From Methanobacteriota archaeon (GTDB lineage Archaea > Thermoplasmatota > Poseidoniia > Poseidoniales > Poseidoniaceae): a stretch of 57,741 bases of DNA. A program made the translations under genes and the position numbers. The stretch covers positions 1 through 57,741 of the forward strand of contig CATFLP010000067.1 of the NCBI GenBank assembly GCA_949514915.1. Reading direction: 5' to 3'. Below, piece after piece: positions 52,964 to 57,741 of this stretch (position 1 is its first letter; every line of letters begins with the position of its first letter). The notes under the pieces are model-generated. The model was not told the DNA's origin. It was given only the letters and a program-made list of their open reading frames with translations, and did no database searches.

Positions 52964-54289
52964 TCAATCATCATCATAATCAAATACTGAAAGTAAATTC
53001 TCCAATTCACGTGCATCGCTCTCTAATGCTTTACGATCTTTTCCAGTTAATTCAGGATCTTTTAATCTATTTTTAATTAATTCTAATTCTGCCTTAGCAT
53101 TCTCTCTCTCTTCACGTAATTTCTTTTCTTCTTTGCCCATTTGGATTCTAGAAATCCTTTGTCTTGATGCTTTTCTCATAGCCTTTTGTTCTTTGGCACG
53201 TGGGCTTATTTCTTCTTCTACAATTGAAGGAGAACTTTGTAATTCAATTGCCGTAGGATAAGGAATTACGATTCCTTCATCTTCAAATCTTTCATCTATA
53301 CTCTTTAACAACCAATCTTTAGCAATAAATTCATCTGTATAATCGTCAATCCAAACAAATACTCTGAATGTTTTCGCATAATCTCCAAGTTCTAATAATA
53401 AGACTCTAGGAGGTGGATGTTGCAATGATTGAGGACATTGTCTTGCAATATCTAACAAAGTATATTTTACATGATCAATACTTTCAGCATAATCAACTCC
53501 AATATCTAAAATTATCGAAAGACGTCTAGCAATGCCATCACCTCCGCCTCTTGCATGGTTAATTACTGTAGTTTGCACTAATGTATTATTTGGAATTACA
53601 ACTAATTTCTCTTCTCTAGTCAATATTTTTGTTGATAAAATCCCTACAGATGCTACAGAACCTAACATTCCATCTACCTCAATACGGTCTCCAACTTCAA
53701 ATGGCCTATCAATTGCAAGCATGAAAGAATTAACAATATTACCCAATGTTTGTTGAACAGCTAATCCAATAATTAATGAGAATACTGCTAATGAGGCTAA
53801 TAATCCCATTAATTCAATTCCTATCTCTGATAATGCTAAATATATTGCACCAAACCAAATTATTGCTCTGAAAACAAAAGTTAACAAGGGATTACTACCT
53901 GAAACAGTTACATTAGATTTATCTGTAAATCTGTCCATAATGACAGGTACAAGATGTGCAATAGTTACACTTGCTATACTAGCTGAAATAATAATGTAAA
54001 TCGCAGAGAAAAAAGGCATTAATGTTTCTAAAACAACATTTTCGCTATCGATCCAAACAACTGATAAATTAATTCCACCAACTAAAACAAATGAATATAA
54101 TCTATTTGAGATAGGTACTACAAGCATATCATCCCATTCATTTTTAGTTTTCTTTACTAACTTAAACCATGGACGAATTACAGCATATTTTGAAAAGAAA
54201 ATAGATAAGATAACCAATACTATACAAATTCCTATTTTTGGAAAAACTCCTAATTCGTCTAATTGATCCAGCACATTACCTACTTCCAC
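52964..54289 (-). CDS. Small-conductance mechanosensitive channel (MscS family) with C-terminal coiled-coil extension
   Basis: GLAVQQTLGNIVNSFMLAIDRPFEVGDRIEVDGMLGSVASVGILSTKILTREEKLVVIPNNTL is the MscS core. GTG start. Confidence 0.85.
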   Translation of the reverse strand: MEVGNVLDQLDELGVFPKIGICIVLVILSIFFSKYAVIRPWFKLVKKTKNEWDDMLVVPISNRLYSFVLVGGINLSVVWIDSENVVLETLMPFFSAIYIIISASIASVTIAHLVPVIMDRFTDKSNVTVSGSNPLLTFVFRAIIWFGAIYLALSEIGIELMGLLASLAVFSLIIGLAVQQTLGNIVNSFMLAIDRPFEVGDRIEVDGMLGSVASVGILSTKILTREEKLVVIPNNTLVQTTVINHARGGGDGIARRLSIILDIGVDYAESIDHVKYTLLDIARQCPQSLQHPPPRVLLLELGDYAKTFRVFVWIDDYTDEFIAKDWLLKSIDERFEDEGIVIPYPTAIELQSSPSIVEEEISPRAKEQKAMRKASRQRISRIQMGKEEKKLREERENAKAELELIKNRLKDPELTGKDRKALESDARELENLLSVFDYDDD

Positions 54290-54354
54290 TGATTTGCCCC
54301 CCTATCAATACTAATTAATAATTAACGGAACTTAGTGTACTCTTATATTGTGAA

Positions 54355-57300
54355 TTAACTGTCTTCTTCAACAAACATCTTTGCTTGATTTACCCATTGA
54401 TCTCTTTTCACTCTACCTGGGAAAAATTCAATTGCAACGTTGACCTGATCTTCTAATTCTTCATCCATCTTTGATACTTGCAAAAATGTATAGATTCCTA
54501 AAGCATTTAATTTCTCTTCAATAAATGGACCTATTCCTTTAGTTCTCTGTAAATCATCTTTATTGAAAATTATAGAACCTGCAGAAATTAATCTTTTTAC
54601 TCCTGATACTCCTGTCAAAATATTACCATCTTTAGCTTTCCACTTAATTGATATATTTTCACCTGATGAATCATTAATGTAACCCAAACCTTGTTCTGGG
54701 AATTTTGATGCATCTTTTAAGGTGATTGTTTTTGCACCTTTCTCAATTTCATCAGGAATCTCAGTAGATTCAGAAACACCAAGTATATCAAAATCAATAA
54801 ACTCTGCTTTGGCTTCAACTCTAGCTAATTCTGCTTCTTTTTTGGATAACCCTTGTAACTTTTCTTCCATTTCAGCCATCTTTGCAGCCATTTGTTCTTC
54901 CATCTGAGCCAATTTTGATTGTGCATCAGATTCTACCTTTTCTTTTGCTTCCTGTTCTGCTTTCTTGATTCGCTCTTCTGCTGCTGCTTTTTCTTCTGCT
55001 TCTTTCTTGACTTCTTCCTTTGCCTTTTCACGTGCCTCTTCTTCAGCCTTCTTGATTCGCTCTTCTGCCTCGACTTTTTCTCTTGCTTCACGTTCTATCT
55101 TTTCACGCGCATCATCTTCTGCTTTCTTGATTCTAGCTTCTTCTGCTGCTGCTTTTTCACGTGCTTCTTCTTCGGCTTTCTTAATTTTAGCTTCTTCTGC
55201 TGCTGCTTTTTCACGTGCTTCTTCTTCTGCACTTAACTCATTGTCTTCTTCTTGTTCTGCCGCTTCAATTGCTTCAGGACTTCCAACAACTGTTACACTC
55301 CATGTGACATAAACAGATGCATTACCAATTCTAATATTGCCAATAAATTCACCATATGGTTTTTGAGTTCCGAATGCTGCTTTATTATCATTGAATTGTA
55401 ATCTGAAGACTATTGAACCAAAACCTTCTTCTTCAGAATCATCTTCTTGAACTTCGATAAGATCCATACTAAATCTATTTTCGTTTTCTACAGAATCTAA
55501 ATCTTCTACTCTTATTTCTGTTCCTAATTGAAGTTTAGTAATTGTAATTGTTTCTTTGCTTTCAACACTATCTCCCATTTTTACCCCTTTAATTGGAGAA
55601 AGTACAAACGGTTCTCTTCTTGTTCCTTTTCCAACAGCAACCGCTGGATCAAAAGTAGTATTTCCAGGTTGAGGGCCTACATTTACACCTAAAGCCATTA
55701 ATACATTATTTCCTTTTTCTCCTGCAAGGAAAACTAAAGGAATTAATAAGGCTAGTAAAAGGAATAGTAATGCACAACACCACCAGTAAGTCATAAATTC
55801 AAATGTACTTTCTGTATCTACGCTAATACAACTTAATCCTTCAGGAGGATAATCAATAGAGCTTAGAGGATCTGTTCCACATGCAATTTCATCCTTATCT
55901 GACCATGTGTCATTATCATCATCTAAATCTTCAACTAATGGCGGATCAGATGTAGATATTCCTACAATAGTATCTGGATATCCATCGCCATCTGTATCCA
56001 TTGATGCTGATGGGTCATCTGGGAATGCATCATTTGCATCTACAACACCATCATCATCACTATCTTGATCTAAAACATCACAAAAGCCGTCACCATCTAA
56101 ATCTAAAGGTGTACTATAATTATCTAAGGGGTCTGTACTACAAACGTCTTCCCATGAATCAATCCATTCATCATTATCATCATCAGTATCTTCATTATTA
56201 CCAATTCCATCATTATCAGTATCAATCCATTCTTTATCATCATAAGGGAATGCATCTAATTCATCAATCCATCCATCATTATCATCATCTTCATCAAGTG
56301 AATCACATAACCCATCTACGTCTTGATCTGCTGGTCTCTCTGCTGAATTGTTACTTGATGTGCCACAAGCATTTTCCATTCCATCAGACCAACCATCTTG
56401 ATCTGAATCTTGTAATAATGCATCACAAACATCTGGTTCATCGGGTGAAGAAAATATCGGAATTGAAGATTCATTTAATGGATCTGAAGAACATAATAAT
56501 TCTTCTGAATCGATCCATTCATCATTATCATCATCATCATCAATTTCATCACAAATAGTATCTCCATCTGTGTCAGTTGGTTTAATACTACTATTCAATG
56601 AATTAGAATTACACAGTGTTTCCATTTCATCTGTCCAACCATCTCCATCATCATCATCATCATAAATATCTGGTACGGTATCTAAATTAGTATCTAGCAA
56701 TACAGAAATTGTAATCTCAAAGCTTGCTGTGGTCATTGAATTTTGTGCTGTAATTGTGAAAACAGTTGGAGGTATTAATTCAGTAGGTGTACCTGAGATC
56801 ATGCCCACAAAATCATTAGAACGTGCAAGATTTATGGCAACTCCACTATATTCATTAAATACCAAACCTTCTGGTAATTCTGGGCTAATTTCCCAAGTTA
56901 AAATCCCTCCACCTTCTAAAATTGGTTTTTGAGCAGGCATTGGCATATTCAATGAAAGTTCTAAATTAATATTTGGATATGCCATAATAATTGGTGCATC
57001 ATCGAAATCATCTAGCAGGTCACAAATTCCATCTAAATCTATATCCGAAGGATAATCATTAGAATCTAACGGATTATATTGTCCTGGAACTGAACTACAT
57101 GCAATTTCTTCGGCATCTGTCCAATTATCATTATCATCATCAATGTCCATCCAATATTCTGTATTTGTTTCATCTCCATCTGGCTTACCATCTGCATCAT
57201 AATCTGTTAATACTGCTAAAGATATTGTAAATGAGTCAATTAATGATGGATCAATTCCAACTGCAGTGACTGTATACTCTAATTCTGGTCTAAGTTCTAA

Positions 57301-57741
57301 AGGAACTCCCCAAATCGCTCCTTCTGATTCACTAAAATACAAACCTTCTGGTAATTCTGGACTTATGTCCCAAAATGCTACTGCAACTCCTTGAGATGAT
57401 GGCACGAATTCATTTTGTATTGGATAATTTATTGCCAAATTAAATTCATCATACGGGTAAAATATGTATAATCCAGTACCATTTACAGCCATTTCGAAAT
57501 AAGTGGTACTACTACCTCCTGAATTATACGCTGTTATTGTATAATTATCATTAGTATTTATTACTGGAATTCCACTAATTCGTCCATTAGAATCTATTGT
57601 AATTCCTGTAGGTAATGATGGTGAAACTTCAAAGTATTCTATAGGTCCACCAGTATTTGTTACAATAATTGGGATAATAGGTGCGTCTTTCTTTACTTCA
57701 TAGAAAAATTCAGGATAAGTAATATTAGGTGCTGGTTCAAC
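54355..57741 (-). CDS. Second giant bitopic surface protein (N-terminus beyond right window edge): He_PIG/cadherin-like Ig repeats, TSP3-type Ca-binding repeats, TM helix, cytoplasmic beta-rich region, long E/K/A coiled coil, C-terminal helix-hairpin-helix-like module
   Basis: The frame stays open upstream of the track's Met at 57492 through to 57741 (VEPAPNITYPEFFYEV...IEYFEVSPSLPTGITIDSNGRISGIP). Repeats of the form W(D/E)ISPELPEGLxF..G.ISGTP are present, along with many DxDxDG loops. The TM helix is YWWCCALLFLLLALLIPLVFLAG (~55725-55795). The coiled coil contains EEAREKAAAEEAKIKKAEEEAREK. The C-terminus TKGIGPFIEEKLNALGIYTFLQV lies at ~54485-54545. Confidence 0.85.
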   Translation of the reverse strand, partial: VEPAPNITYPEFFYEVKKDAPIIPIIVTNTGGPIEYFEVSPSLPTGITIDSNGRISGIPVINTNDNYTITAYNSGGSSTTYFEMAVNGTGLYIFYPYDEFNLAINYPIQNEFVPSSQGVAVAFWDISPELPEGLYFSESEGAIWGVPLELRPELEYTVTAVGIDPSLIDSFTISLAVLTDYDADGKPDGDETNTEYWMDIDDDNDNWTDAEEIACSSVPGQYNPLDSNDYPSDIDLDGICDLLDDFDDAPIIMAYPNINLELSLNMPMPAQKPILEGGGILTWEISPELPEGLVFNEYSGVAINLARSNDFVGMISGTPTELIPPTVFTITAQNSMTTASFEITISVLLDTNLDTVPDIYDDDDDGDGWTDEMETLCNSNSLNSSIKPTDTDGDTICDEIDDDDDNDEWIDSEELLCSSDPLNESSIPIFSSPDEPDVCDALLQDSDQDGWSDGMENACGTSSNNSAERPADQDVDGLCDSLDEDDDNDGWIDELDAFPYDDKEWIDTDNDGIGNNEDTDDDNDEWIDSWEDVCSTDPLDNYSTPLDLDGDGFCDVLDQDSDDDGVVDANDAFPDDPSASMDTDGDGYPDTIVGISTSDPPLVEDLDDDNDTWSDKDEIACGTDPLSSIDYPPEGLSCISVDTESTFEFMTYWWCCALLFLLLALLIPLVFLAGEKGNNVLMALGVNVGPQPGNTTFDPAVAVGKGTRREPFVLSPIKGVKMGDSVESKETITITKLQLGTEIRVEDLDSVENENRFSMDLIEVQEDDSEEEGFGSIVFRLQFNDNKAAFGTQKPYGEFIGNIRIGNASVYVTWSVTVVGSPEAIEAAEQEEDNELSAEEEAREKAAAEEAKIKKAEEEAREKAAAEEARIKKAEDDAREKIEREAREKVEAEERIKKAEEEAREKAKEEVKKEAEEKAAAEERIKKAEQEAKEKVESDAQSKLAQMEEQMAAKMAEMEEKLQGLSKKEAELARVEAKAEFIDFDILGVSESTEIPDEIEKGAKTITLKDASKFPEQGLGYINDSSGENISIKWKAKDGNILTGVSGVKRLISAGSIIFNKDDLQRTKGIGPFIEEKLNALGIYTFLQVSKMDEELEDQVNVAIEFFPGRVKRDQWVNQAKMFVEEDS
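54950..55250 (-). repeat. Degenerate in-frame tandem repeat (54-nt / 18-aa period) encoding the E/K/A coiled coil
   Basis: A perfect 39-nt duplicate, agcttcttctgctgctgctttttcacgtgcttcttcttc, occurs at 55135-55173 and 55189-55227. More diverged copies lie on either side. Confidence 0.75.

Noticed and set aside
54919-55312. Two overlapping plus-strand ORFs (105 and 115 aa) rich in F/C/L or S/A
   Set aside because: They are the antisense reading of the E/K/A coiled-coil tandem repeat of the giant minus-strand gene and are repeat artefacts. The His/Leu-rich plus-strand ORFs at 40811-41257 and 56001-56558 are likewise antisense to D-rich TSP3 repeats.
1-57741. Search for CRISPR arrays, tRNA/rRNA genes, integrases, transposases, prophage or toxin-antitoxin modules
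   Set aside because: The only tandem repeats are short, in-frame and intragenic. No spaced direct-repeat array was found. The only intergenic gap above ~300 bp is the RNA-like island. No recombinase or transposase motifs were seen in any long ORF. Inspection was by eye, so short or degenerate elements could have been missed.

Overview
AT-rich, gene-dense window (about 90% coding, roughly 50 CDS) with no rRNA, tRNA, CRISPR array, integrase or transposase detected. Gene content points to a chromosomal segment of a marine planktonic euryarchaeon; Poseidoniales/MGII-like is an inference. Supporting genes are Orc1/Cdc6, Bud32, an archaeal-type PPAT fused to a DUF359 dephospho-CoA kinase, a 2-phosphoglycerate-kinase-like P-loop protein, a UPF0200-type kinase, FlaI/FlaJ-type filament genes, and two giant thrombospondin-type-3-repeat surface proteins. 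Five blocks stand out. (1) 32.0-43.1 kb is a co-oriented Tad/Epd-like type IV filament locus: FlaI-like ATPase, two single-domain platform proteins (one with a large extracytoplasmic insert) and two pilin-like proteins. It lies directly downstream of a 1946-aa bitopic adhesin carrying SPRY, discoidin-like and TSP3 modules. A second bitopic giant adhesin sits at the right edge. (2) The window is unusually dense in bacterial-style acyl-thioester genes for an archaeon: an open-ended KS-AT megasynthase abutting FabI, a thioesterase, biotin carboxylase, four crotonases, Hbd and a Delta9-type desaturase. (3) 24.2-29.1 kb is an operon containing a BoxB-like diiron acyl-CoA epoxidase. (4) A cysteine-free Mrp/NBP35 homologue has its CxxC segment replaced by a beta-sandwich-like insert and sits next to a Cys-rich DUF971 protein. 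(5) A roughly 280-nt GC-rich structured-RNA candidate at 10.54-10.82 kb could not be assigned to a family by eye. Other notable items are a very divergent TBP-like two-repeat protein, a 33-aa zinc-ribbon ORF below the ORF-track cutoff, and several intragenic tandem repeats. All functional calls come from motif recognition in the translations. No database search was run.
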